Assembly (NCBI RefSeq): GCF_000315625.1
Contig: NW_005434607.1
Span: 188,494-252,493, forward strand
Length of the DNA: 64,000 bases
Direction of reading: 5' to 3'
DNA from: Guillardia theta CCMP2712
Taxonomy: Eukaryota > Protista > Cryptophyta
Shown here piece by piece: positions 11,542-23,347 of the stretch. Each line of letters starts with the position of its first letter. Position 1 is the first letter of the stretch. The translations under genes and the position numbers were made by a program. Under the pieces are notes generated by a model, which did no database searches, had not been told where the DNA came from, and was given only the letters and a program-made list of their open reading frames with translations.

Positions 11542-11660
11542 GGATATAGAATGCGCATTATGCTGTGAAGGCTTGTGATTGATCGGCCCAGTAAAGTTCT
11601 AACGCACCTTAGTCGTCTCAAACCAGAGTCGTTCTCAAACAATCTGTGACTGACTAAAGT

Positions 11661-11877
11661 CCCCAGCTGCTCTGTTAGATAGCATCCCAGCTGCTAGCCA
11701 GCATCCCAGCTGCTCTGTTAGATAGCATCCCAGCTGCTAGCCAGCATCCCAGCTGCTCTGTTAGATAGCATCCCAGCTGCTCTGTTAGATAGCACCCCAG
11801 CTGCTAGCCAGCATCCCAGCTGCTCTGTTAGATAGCATCCCAGCTGCTAGCCAGCATCCCAGCTGCTCTGTTAGATA
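11661..11877. repeat. Minisatellite of alternating 24/19-bp units (CCCAGCTGCTCTGTTAGATAGCAT / CCCAGCTGCTAGCCAGCAT)
   Basis: Direct reading. Runs into the gap. Confidence 0.95.
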
Positions 11878-12014
11878 NNNNNNNNNNNNNNNNNNNNNNN
11901 NNNNNNNNNNNNNNNNNNNNNNNNNNNNNNNNNNNNNNNNNNNNNNNNNNNNNNNNNNNNNNNNNNNNNNNNNNNNNNNNNNNNNNNNNNNNNNNNNNNN
12001 NNNNNNNNNNNNNN

Positions 12015-12233
<219 letters not shown>

Positions 12234-12318
12234 CAAGTGCAGGAGGAGGAGGAGGAGGAGAAGCAAGTGCAGGAGGAGGAGGAAGCATGCTGTAGCTCAC
12301 TGCTGAGTCTGTGCTCCT

Positions 12319-12726
12319 CTAGCTTCCCGAATCTCGCTCCACGTGCAATGATGTCGTTTCGCGTTCCAGCACTGAAGGAGAGGGAGGAGGGGCGGACCAC
12401 GTGATGTCACCAGGATGAGGGTCGACGTGAGGAAGAACGTGCGAAGTCAGAGACAGGAAAAGCAGAGGCAAGCGGAGAAGCAGAAGGAGGAAGACGAAGC
12501 GGAGGAGCAGGAGCAGCAGGAGGACTAGGCAGGAGAAGGAGCAGGGGAGGAGTAGCAGCAACAGGACTAGGGAGGAAGAGGACGGAGGGAGGGGGAGGAG
12601 TAGCAGCAAGAGGACTAGGGAGGAGGAGGACGGAGGGAGGGAGGGGGAGGAGCAGCACCTGTATCTCAGAGCCTCTTTGGCTTTGATGAGCTCGGGGGTG
12701 AGCTGCAGTGCTCTCATCAGCCATAA

Positions 12727-12782
<56 letters not shown>

Positions 12783-12894
12783 TCCTCCTCCTCCTCCTCC
12801 TCCTCCTCCTCCTGCTGGGCCTGCTGCTGCTCTTCTCACGTATCGCAGTTGTTTGGTCTGTAGTTTCTAGTGCTCCTGGAGATCCCTTACACAC
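12319..12894 (-). CDS. Possible low-complexity hypothetical protein (spliced)
   Basis: Exon-like pieces (ETTDQTTAIREKSS; MADESTAAHPRAHQSQRGSEIQ|gtgctg; HVLPHVDPHPGDITW...*). No recognisable domain. Confidence 0.25.
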
Positions 12895-13399
12895 TAGCGT
12901 GAAGCACCACAGCGGTGAGAGGAGGAGGAGGAGGAGGAGGATGGGGAGGGGGACGCGTGGAGAGAGAGGAAGCGGAGGAGATATGGTGGGACTGGAGGAA
13001 GGGACGTTGCTGTTGACAAGTTCGCTTCAGGGCAACTGGCTCCTTCCGCCAAGTCAGCGACGAACAGCACAGGTTGCGTTTGTTTTCTTGCGGTCAGAAA
13101 GACTGATGGAGGGGTCCAGGCTCGAGCCCCTTCGACTGGATCATGGGGGTCGTCAAGAGCCGACCCAATGACTCTTGACCTGCTCGACGAGCGGGAAAGA
13201 CTGAGGGGAGGAAGGGAGGGAGGCGGAGCAGTAGAAGCACGAAGCTGGAATGAAGCGCAATGGGAAGGAGGAGGAGGAGGGAGGGAGGGAGGGAGGAGAG
13301 GGAGGGAGGAGAGGGAGGGAGGGAGGGAGGAGAGGTCGGGAAGGAGGAGGGGGCAGGAGGGAGACGCTGGTCTTTAACTGGACGTAAACGGGATGCGAC

Positions 13400-14674
13400 T
13401 TAGAACAAGCCTGCTTTCTTCTTCAGCTCGTCCTGCTTCCACTTCTTCATGTTGATGTACTCCACCCTCGTGCACCCCATCACCTTTCCTCGCAGGTCAG
13501 CTTACGATGATGGCGGTGGTGATGATTGATTGATTGATTGATGGATGGATGGATGGATTGATTGATTGATGGATGGATGGATGGATGATATATGTGGCGA
13601 TGACAATGGTGGTGGTGGTGGTGGTGATGATGGAATGGAGATGACGATTATGAATGAGACGATGATGATGGAATGGAGATGACGATTATGAATGAGACGA
13701 TGATGATGCAATGGAGATGACGATTATGAATGAGACGATGATGATGCAATGGAGATGACGATTATGAATGAGACGATGATGATGGAATGGAGATGACGAT
13801 TATGAATGAGACGATGATGATGGAATGGAGATGATGCAAGCAGGATGATTGGATGTACAAAACTCTCACCGTCTTGAACTCATCGTCCGAGAGGTACAGA
13901 GGCTTGCATGTAGGATCGACCGCTGACTCCACCTGGCTCACTTGTGAGCTCCCCCTGATCCAGCTCCTTCTCCCCCTCCTGCTCCTGCTCCCCCTCCTGC
14001 TCCTGCTCCCCCTCCTGCTCCCCCTCCTGCTCCCCCTCCTGCTCCTGCTAATGCTCGTGCCCGCCCTCCCCCTCCTGNNNNNNNNNNNNNNNNNNNNNNN
14101 NNNNNNNNNNNNNNNNNNNNNNNNNNNNNNNNNNNNNNNNNNNNNNNNNNNNNNNNNNNNNNNNNNNNNNNNNNNNNNNNNNNNNNNNNNNNNNNNNNNN
14201 NNNNNNNNNNNNNNNNNNNNNNNNNNNNNNNNNNNNNNNNNNNNNNNNNNNNNNNNNNNNNNNNNNNNNNNNNNNNNNNNNNNNNNNNNNNNNNNNNNNN
14301 NNNNNNNNNNNNNNNNNNNNNNNNNNNNNNNNNNNNNNNNNNNNNNNNNNNNNNNNNNNNNNNNNNNNNNNNNNAGGAGGAGGGAGAAAGAGGAGGAGGA
14401 GGAGGAGGAGAAGAGGACGGAGCAAGGATCGCCTACCCTTGCTGACGTACTCCATACCAGCCGTCATTGCCATCTTGCGGCACTCCTGAGGAGCGCTCTT
14501 GCCCACCCACACGAAGACGGAAGTTCCTGATGCCCAAGTTGTCATTCTCCACCTCCTCCACGTCCTCTCCTGCTCTCGGGGGGAGGGGTCTCTCACCCTC
14601 CTCACCTCGTCCCCGCCTCCTCCCACAGTGTCTTCCCCACTTCTGCTCCCTGTCCCCGTCCTCGTCCTCGTCCC

Positions 14675-14705
<31 letters not shown>

Positions 14706-16807
14706 TTCCCCGTCCTCTCCCTCTGTCTCATCCTAGCGCTTCACCTGAGTCGACAAGAAAGCACGAGTCTTCCATGAGGGTGGCGTGCGAGATCGGTTTG
14801 TGAATGTCTCCCCATCGGATTTTTCCACCTTCCACTCCAACCTGCTCAGTGGATCAGCCATGAGCTTTCCCCCCTCCCCTCCCTTCTCATCTGCTTCCTC
14901 CTCCTCTCAATCCTTTTCTCCAGCTCTCTCCCTCTTCTTCTGTTTCCTCCTTCTCCCGCACCTTTCTCCCTCTTCCCTCTTCCCTCTTCCCTCTCCTCCT
15001 CTTCTCCTTCCCCCGTCACTCCTCCTCCTCCTCCTCCTCCTCCTCAACCTTCTGCATGAGCTGCTCTGCCATGGCCTTCTTTTCAGAGGTCTCATCATCT
15101 CCTGCGGCACCTTCAGTCTCCTCCCTCACCTCCCTCCCATCACCTGCTTCCTCAGCTGACTTGATCTTCCCCTGCCCCCCGAGAGCCTTCCTGGTTGTCG
15201 AGGGCTAAGCAACAACAACAGGAGGAGGAGGAGGAGGAGGAGGAGGAGGAGGTGGTGGTGGTGGTGGTGGAGGAGGAGGAGAATTACCAAAAATCTTCGG
15301 TTTCGCTTCCCTCGTCTAGAGGAACAATCTGTCCATCACTGTCAGCAACAGCACCGACTGTAGGATTCCTGGAACGAGAAGAGGAGCGAACAATGTTCAA
15401 AGCCCTGCAGAGAGGCTGCTGCTGCTGCTGCTGCTGCTGCAAGAGGAGGACGAGGAGGAGGAGTGGGAGGAGTAGAGGAGTGGGAGGAGTGGGAAGAGGA
15501 GGAGGAGGAGGAGGAGGAGGAGGAGGAGAAACAAGAGTTATTTCAACCTTGGCCCTTCCTCCCCTCTCATCATCCTTGATCTTCAGCACGACGTCCAACC
15601 CTTTGGCCTTCTCGTACCTGGCCGCGCACTGTCACCATGCTGGGGGACGNNNNNNNNNNNNNNNNNNNNNNNNNNNNNNNNNNNNNNNNNNNNNNNNNNN
15701 NNNNNNNNNNNNNNNNNNNNNNNNNNNNNNNNNNNNNNNNNNNNNNNNNNNNNNNNNNNNNNNNNNNNNNNNNNNNNNNNNNNNNNNNNNNNNNNNNNNN
15801 NNNNNNNNNNNNNNNNNNNNNNNNNNNNNNNNNNNNNNNNNNNNNNNNNNNNNNNNNNNNNNNNNNNNNNNNNAGGAGGAGGAGGAGGAGCAGGAGGAGC
15901 AGGAGGAGCAGGAGGAGCAGGAGGAGCAGGAGGAGCAGGAGGAGCAGGAAGCGGAGATCACGGGGAGGATGTGATGCTGCTGTAAATGAAGACGGGGATA
16001 GTGATAGGGTGTGGTAACGATGATAACGAGGAGGAAGAGGAGGAGGACGAAGGAAGGAAGAAGGAGGAGGAAGGAAGAGGAGGAGGAGGTGAAGGAGGAG
16101 GAGGAGGAGTACCAGCCAGAAGTAGATGACCCATGCGTCTCTTCCTCTCTCGTCAAGGTACGAGTAGAGGATGATGTAAGAGTCGCCGCTGTAGAACTGA
16201 CCGTAGGAAGCCTCCGGCACCGGGGTCATGTCGAAGTTGTCGATCCTCCAGACCTCCACCTTGCCTGCTCTGAGAGGTCAGAGAGTCGTGACGAGGAGGG
16301 GGAGGCGGCGGCGAGCCACAACGTGGGGAGAAGGAGGGAGGAGAGGAGAGAAGGAGGAAGAAGGGAGGAGGGAGGAGGGAGGAGGGAGGAGGGAGGAGGG
16401 AGGAGGAGAACGAGGGTGAAACAGGGTTGCGAGGCAAGGCAGTTTCACGCCAATTCAATGGTAGGATGAGAGAGAGGATAAGAAGGGATATAGGAGGCAG
16501 TGGAGGCGGTTCAGTAAGGGATGAGGAGAAGATAGGGGAGGAGGAAGAGAGAAGGAGGACGGAGGAAGGGACAGGCGAGGAGAAGGAGAAGACAGGAAAG
16601 GAGGAGGAGAGAAAGGGAGGAATTGACTGGAAGGGAGGACGCGGTTCCTCGTCAACCTGAGCCATCCCCGAAGGCAAGCATCTCCTGCTGCATCAGCATC
16701 TGCCGCTCCTTTACAGAGTCCTCTCGTCTCAGTGCGAGTCCTGCCGGCCAAATGAGCCTCTTCCTCTCAATCCTCCTCTCTCCCTCCCCCCCCCCTCCCC
16801 CCTCTCG

Positions 16808-16860
<53 letters not shown>

Positions 16861-17847
16861 NNNNNNNNNNNNNNNNNNNNNNNNNNNNNNNNNNNNNNNN
16901 NNNNNNNNNNNNNNNNNNNNNNNNNNNNNNNNNNNNNNNNNNNNNNNNNNNNNNNNNNNNTGGGATCAGCTGCTGCGTTAAGTTCGCAAGGGGTAAGCAA
17001 ACCTTGCTTGAACAGCGCGAGGAACTTGGCGGACTCGTGGTCCTGCCAAGAGACAGTAAATGCTTCTGTCTCCTCCTCCTCCTCCTCCTCCTCCTCCAAG
17101 TCGCCAGCCCTGCTCCTCTCGCCCGTTCGCTGCCTCACCCGCCTCCCTTCCCCTCTTCTCACCCCCTCGCTCTCTCCTCTTGCACACCAACAGCCAGCAC
17201 GCTCCTCACCTGAGTCTCTCGGTACTGCACCGGAGCTCCTCCTAGCGAGTCGTCCAGCTCGACTGTCTTGTAAGCTGCAATACCCTGAACGAGTTCCCCC
17301 AGTCAGCTCCGGTCGAGGCGAGGCAGACGGTCCAGGGGATCAGGGACGCCTCTCAGCCCCACGCGCATCTCACCATCTCGTCGACGGAAGACTCCTTCCC
17401 TAGCCAGAAGTGAAGGTCCCACTGCAGCACAGTTCCCCGTCAGCCGCACTGTCGCTGTCATGGCAGGGAGCTACCTCGTAGGACCCGCCCTTCGTCTCAA
17501 TGGTCTTGAGACAGATGTAGCTGTTCGGAGGAGGAGAAGTTAAACTAAAGCCGCCGACGCGTGCAGGAGGTTACCTGTCTCCAGTGTAGAAGGTGCCGAA
17601 CTTCTCCTTTGGCCATGGCTGGTAGCCGACAAGGCATGTTCAGCATGTTCCCTTCAGCATGCCTCGCAAGTTCGAACCTTGGGGACCTTGTTCTCGATCC
17701 TCCAGATCTCCAGTCCAGGAGCGGATCCTGCTCCACTGCAAGGCGCTCAGGATCAGGAGAGCAGAAGCAAAAGAGGGCACGGAAAGATCCTCACAGAAAC
17801 TCCGGATGTTTGCTCATTGTTCAGCAATAAGCCTGGAAGGACACCAT
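13400..17847 (-). CDS. Villin (gelsolin repeats + headpiece)
   Basis: Gelsolin motifs PGLEIWRIENK, KFGTFYTGDS, VEVWRIDNFD...YGQFYSGDSYIILYSY, SVFVWVGK and DEGSETEDFW. Headpiece VDPTCKPLYLSDDEF...KKWKQDELKKKAGLF*. Contains three gaps. Confidence 0.92.
13634..13833. repeat. 39-bp minisatellite (about 5 copies) in a villin intron
   Basis: Unit ATGGAGATGACGATTATGAATGAGACGATGATGATG(G/C)A. Confidence 0.9.
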
Positions 17848-17906
17848 TTGGAGTCAGCCAGGCCATCGTAAGTACCCGAGTGAAAGCAGATGGTGAAGAA
17901 TAACTT

Positions 17907-17991
17907 GTTGAAGATTCGGCAAGGGTTTTCTACTATAATACCATGCATGTTGGAGATTCGGCAAGGGTTTTCTACTATAATCCCATGCATA
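17907..17991. repeat. ~42-bp tandem duplication upstream of villin
   Basis: TGTTG(A/G)AGATTCGGCAAGGGTTTTCTACTATAAT(A/C)CCATGCA occurs twice. Confidence 0.9.
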
Positions 17992-19207
17992 TCTACTGAG
18001 AGGTCCTTATCATCCGCTACCCAAATCCCGAGATTGCAATTGTGCCAGCTTTGGTACGTCACCGATGGACTCCCTTCTCTCACTCAGTTCTCAGTGGTTA
18101 TGACCTCAGAGTCAATATATTCCCGGCTGAGAGCTCGGAGCCACCCTCCTTCAAACAGGGGTCTGCTCGCTTGCACTTTGCTACATCTGTTCCTACTTGT
18201 ACACCTGTCGGTGATCCTCCTCTTCCCCTCATCCTGCCTTTGCCTCGCATCACAGTCTCACTCTTGACTATCCTGCATAGATGTCTCTATCCTCTGTCCC
18301 GTATCCTCCCTTCCTCCTGCTCGTCCTGCTCGTCCTATGGATCTCCCTGGTCTTGCTCGGTAACATTTACTTCGCCATCCCGTCGCATCATCACTCAAGT
18401 CTGTACCCCCTTCACAAAGTACCCCATCCTTTTTCAGTACCCACCCTCGACATGATACAACATTTGTCTGCTCAGTGGAGGTACTAGGTCATCGGATTCA
18501 TACCCTACCCCCTGTGATCCTCGGGCCCCGAAACTGATTACCATTTTTTTTAAAAGGACAAATCTGTGTCATTCATAGAGATTAAATATTCTTTTTAATT
18601 ATATGTACAGGTCTTTGTACCAAGGAAATATATATATATTTCTATATACATCATAATACAAGTAAAAACATTTTAAAATCATATATATCGTCCAAATCAT
18701 GCACAATGGTACAATCAGTCTAATAATATATAACTTTTAGCCCCGTACAAAATCATAAAAACATTGTTGGTTTTAGCTAGCTGCCCCCGGCATGCCAACT
18801 GACCGAGATACCTCGGGCCCGGACAGTAGCCCTCATCCCCACCCTCAGCCGACATATGCCGGCCGATCATGCCGGAATTAGTGCAATGTTGAAGGGAAAC
18901 GAGGGAAGAAGAGGATGAACGACAGAGAGGATGAGGTTGCGAGGAGCGATGGTTGTGGGGGGATTCTAGGTAGTCAGGTAGGAGGAGACTTGAGGGAGAG
19001 GCAGAGAGGACGACATCTGTTTGCTCAAAGGCGCTACTGACTGACTTTGCAGATTTTAGACGAATCCTCTTGAAGGAGAAAGAGCTTTCCCTCAGAGCGA
19101 AGGTCTTGTCTGACATGCTACCTTCCATTGAGGTTACGTCCCCCCTGGTCTGATACTCTCATCTGATCCTGCTTGCTTGATAGGAAAATGCTCTCAAGCC
19201 TGGAGGG

Positions 19208-20323
19208 ATGGTTCGGTGCATGGAGAAGAAGGTTATCCTTGCATGATGTCTTCCTGTCTGGGGCAGTGTTTCTTTGTCGACATGCTCTGTTCTACTCCTG
19301 CATGTTTCTGAAATTGGAGTGTGTAGGGCGATGAATACCTTTTGAGCCTCCTTTACCTCATAGCTGGCATACTTTGTTTGGTGGCGGCGTTCGGACACGG
19401 CGATCAGGTGGCTGCCTCTGTTTGACTCTCAGTTTTCTGACCTTTGATCGTCCTAACTTGATGAGGGCAGTTCTGTGCTCAACCTGTAAGTGCTTCTGAC
19501 TATTTGCACAACATCGCGTAATTCCCTTGTGTGCTGCAGAGCCCGTCAATGCACCACCCTTCAGGAGGTCGCCGTCTGCTACAGCATGTAACATTCAACA
19601 GCGTCTTGCACGCCATCTCTCCTATCTCACTTTCTGTACAGCCAACTGTCTCTCTCCTCCAGAACTCTTCAAGCTCTGACACTACGGCTGCTCCTGCGGA
19701 CACCAACAACGCTTTCATCGGTCCTAATGGACTGGTGGTTGCCTGGCTCAAGGTTGAAGGCTTCACTGGTGACATAAACTTTCCTTCTCTGTACTTGTGC
19801 ATTCAATGCCATGTTTTGACAAAGCTTCCTTCTTCGGCAGCCTTGGGATTGCCTTTCTTGTATGTTCTCATATTCTCCAACCAACTCCAAAACAGTATTC
19901 CGGCAAGGTGATGGAAATGGCAAGAAAGTTATGAAGTGGAAGAAGCTGATGATATTTGCTCTTCTCAGCATCCTCTTGTACTTGGTTGCTGCATTTCAGG
20001 CTGTTTGGTTGATCATCGGCTGTGTGTGGTCCTTTGGCACGTCAATCCCAGCAGAATGTCAAAAGGTTTGTCTTCTCACCGACACGTTTTAAATTTTTCA
20101 TCCATCGTGCTTCAATAGTAATTGTCCGTTTTTTGCTGAATGTCGGCTGGAAACCAGGGCTCCATGGGCGATAATTTTGCATTTCAAACCATGTGGTGAA
20201 CTAGAACAAGATCGTGTAAGTAGATCCGATTGACTTTTTTTTTTTTCCAACCTCAGGTGGGTTTGTGCCTTCTGGCTGGGCTGCATGGTCGTGATATGTG
20301 GGATACTTGGAAGCATAGTGTGA
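19208..20323 (+). CDS. Multi-pass (about 4 TM) membrane protein, TMEM272-like pattern
   Basis: Exons include VVAWLKVEGFTG, ALGLPFLYVLIFS, LLYLVAAFQAVWLIIGCVWSFG...ECQK and WVCAFWLGCMVVICGILGSIV*. Start uncertain. Confidence 0.55.
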
Positions 20324-20384
20324 GCATCAATTCCATCAATTTCCTCATAAATCTCTGCCATGACTGACTCCGTCTACCAGCTGC

Positions 20385-21375
20385 TGTTTCCTCGGCGCGG
20401 CCGCGTCTGCCAAGTTACAGTCGTCAGAAGCTGATTCTACAAGGTACGATTGACCGTTCCAGCCGTTGAAGTGCAGCGGTCTCTCCATCCCCAATCTTGA
20501 CATCTCTTCCAACAGATACACTCAGATAGCTCCGGGGCAGTGATGTCAGTGCCACTGCGGCCCCGGAAGACGCGGCCTCCGAGGCAGGCTGCGGCCGGCG
20601 CGGCCAACCTCGGATGCTCAGTATCGGTTCAAACTGGCAGGACACTGGACATTTTTTCGACCCGTTCCCTCCGCAACCCTTGCTAAGTTGAGCTCTCCGA
20701 GCCCACTCCGAGCTCAACTGAGGTCTCACTGGCCAGCCATTGGCACTTTGGCAATTCAGTGGCAACCACGGCGCCTGTGATCCGATGTCGCCGGGCCTCC
20801 TCGGCCGCCGCGAGTGATCGGACTGAGCCTACTGTGACAGCCGGCGGCGGCTCAGTCTCTGAGGCTCCGGCCCGCCACCGACCGTACCGTACGGGCCAGC
20901 CTGGCGGCTAAACCGCCGGAACGCCGGCAAGTTGTTTGATAGAATCACGTTATACGAATGTACACCGCCGCCGGCGGCGCCGGGTCAACGGTTGTGTTAT
21001 TTCGGTTTCCCAACTGACGGCCGCGTCAGCCTAAGTTTGCCGACACCGTACCGTACCGTACCGTAGTAACGGCGTGCAGCCGCCGCGTGCCGCGCCCCGG
21101 GCGCACTGCGTCATCCGCGGGGGCCATCGGACCGTGAGTTGAAAGTGAGTCTTCTTCAGTTAAAAATCAGTACGAGGACAATCAGGAGACTCGGTAGAGG
21201 AGGCTTGAACGGTGAGACGGTCCGCCAGCGGATCCAGAATCATTGGAGTCTTTTCAACTACTCTGTCAAGTTTACCGGCGGCCCGGCCCCCGGCGGCCCG
21301 GGCGGCAGGCCGCCGGGCCGGGGCCGCCGGGTGGGTGTCGAACTTTAATCACTGAGTGAAGGGCCGGGCCTGGGT
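20385..21375. other. GC-rich scrambled intergenic island with the conserved core at 21158-21208
   Basis: Built from CCGG/CGGC/CCGTAC/TCAGT/AAGTT words. Core AGTTAAAAATCAGTACGAGGACAATCAGGAGA..GAGGAGGCTTGA. Confidence 0.75.
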
Positions 21376-21847
21376 ACTGAAATGGTTGAGGCGGATCAAG
21401 TTGCTCTCGGGGGTGCTCACCACCTACCACCACCTACCACCACCTACCACCACCACCTACTACCACCTACTACCACCTACCCCTACCTACTTCCACACAC
21501 AACCACCTACCACGACCATATTCACTCTCTGAGTACCCCACCCATTTCTTATGTACCCCCACCCCATTTGACAAGGACCATCAACCGGTTGTTATGACCG
21601 AGGAGAGGCTCATAACATACTATATCACATATCGTCAGTGCTCTTCACCCCCTCTGACACCCTATCACCCCCATGTTTTCCTCCGATTACCTACCCCACC
21701 GTTGTTATTATTAGTCAAAAGAGCATACAAGGAGGGGTATAAAATACCACCCTACCCTCTGGCAAAATCAGTCCCTGAGTACCCTACCCCCTACTGCCCC
21801 GCATCTGCCTCTTCAGAGGAGCAGCGCTCAGTGACCCTTCAGTCGCC

Positions 21848-23130
21848 ATGTCCGCCGAGGTGAGTGGAACGTAGATGAACATGCAAGGACGAAGCGCCGA
21901 TGGTGCAGCGAGATGCTTCAAAGCAGCAGCAGACATGGTTAGAGCTCCGTGTGACGAGAGCATAGTAGCTTCTGCTGGATTGAAGGAGGGAGGGGAAGCG
22001 AGACGAGGTTGGACAATGAGCTAGAAGGCAGTGGTTGAGGAGTTGTTATGTGAGAAAGGGCGGACGGGGTCAGAGGAATTAGGTCAGGATCAGAAGCATG
22101 TCGATGATGTTGATGAATCCTTAATGTTTTCCATTGCGATGGGAGATCTTTCTCCCCGTGATCTGCTGGTGTTGTCCTATCTGTCGAAGAGTCTCTTTCC
22201 TGCATCTCCATAGGGTTGGATTTCTATGGGCATAGCATACCATTGAAACATGCTACGTCGATGAGTTCATGTTGTCTGATGCATTTCTTGTCGGATTTCA
22301 GGAAGCGAAGGAGCCGAAACTTGAAGATCTCAAGGATCTCAACATGGACAACGTCTCTGCTCTCATCGTCAAGTGGGTCAGCCCAGTCGAGCAGGTTTCT
22401 CCTTTCAAGCTCGGCGACGTGCAGAAGACCATCGCACAGATGTAAGGCTTTCTTAACCGGATCATTTCTCCGCTGACGCGCTCGTTAGCCACCAGGAGAC
22501 CGGAAACGCTGTTGCTCCCTTCTTCGTGGCTGGACAGATTGTTTTCCTCCTCCTCTTCCTTGCCTACTTTGTCATGGGAATCATCGCTCTCTGCCTTGAC
22601 TTCCCTGCCATGGATGCTCCCTGTGCCAAGGACTCGTGGGTCTGGCTGTACGTTCTCCTCGTCGTTGTCATCCCGACCTCGGTTGGTTTTGTCATTGGAA
22701 TGGTCCAGACTGTTATCCAGTGGATCTCTTCCAGCAGCCCTGTGAAGTTCGAGGTGCCTGACATCTACTTCTCTCTGCCTGCTCCCATCATCTACATCAC
22801 CCTCGGAGTCCTCGGCATCGTCCTGTGGGCCAACATGTCCGAGCAGTGCGACACCTTCTACGCACAGAACCACGGCATGCTCCTCGTTATCTTCCACATC
22901 CAGGTCAGGCTTGCTCACTGCGTCGTCTCCTGTCTCACTGCCCTGCAGGTCATCATCATGTCCGTGGCTGCATTCCTCGGCCTCGTCACTGTGTGGGTAC
23001 AGCTCATGGTTCTCATCCGAGGCTGGACCAACCAGGTGGGACCGAGCGGGAGGGCAGCGATGGCGACTGACGTTGTTTGGCAGAGTCTGATCCCCTTCTC
23101 CCCAAGGAGGGCGGAGACAAGAAGAACTAA
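21848..23130 (+). CDS. 4-TM membrane protein of unknown function
   Basis: MSAE|gtgagt, then EAKEPKLEDLKDL...QIVFLLLFLAYFVMGIIALC...CAKDSWVWLYVLLVVVIP...LGVLGIVLW...C...|VIIMSVAAFLGLVTVW...*. Strong C-ending codon bias. Confidence 0.8.
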
Positions 23131-23347
23131 ACTCAATAGTGCTTGGATTCGCATGCGTTGCTGTGGCCCTTCCTCCGAAGTTCTCGTCGAGGAGGGGACG
23201 GGGGTCTCTCGTCCAACAGCCACTGTATCATTTGCCGTGCTGGTTTATTCAATTAAACACATGTCTGTTGAACAAACTCAGATTCGTTTGATCTCCTTCT
23301 CAGCCCTTCTCTCCTCCCTCCTCTCAGCTGCTCTCGGCCTCCTCCCA

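Noticed and set aside
20098-20361. Minus-strand ORF MAEIYEEID...
   Set aside because: It is antisense to the final exon of the plus-strand membrane-protein gene.
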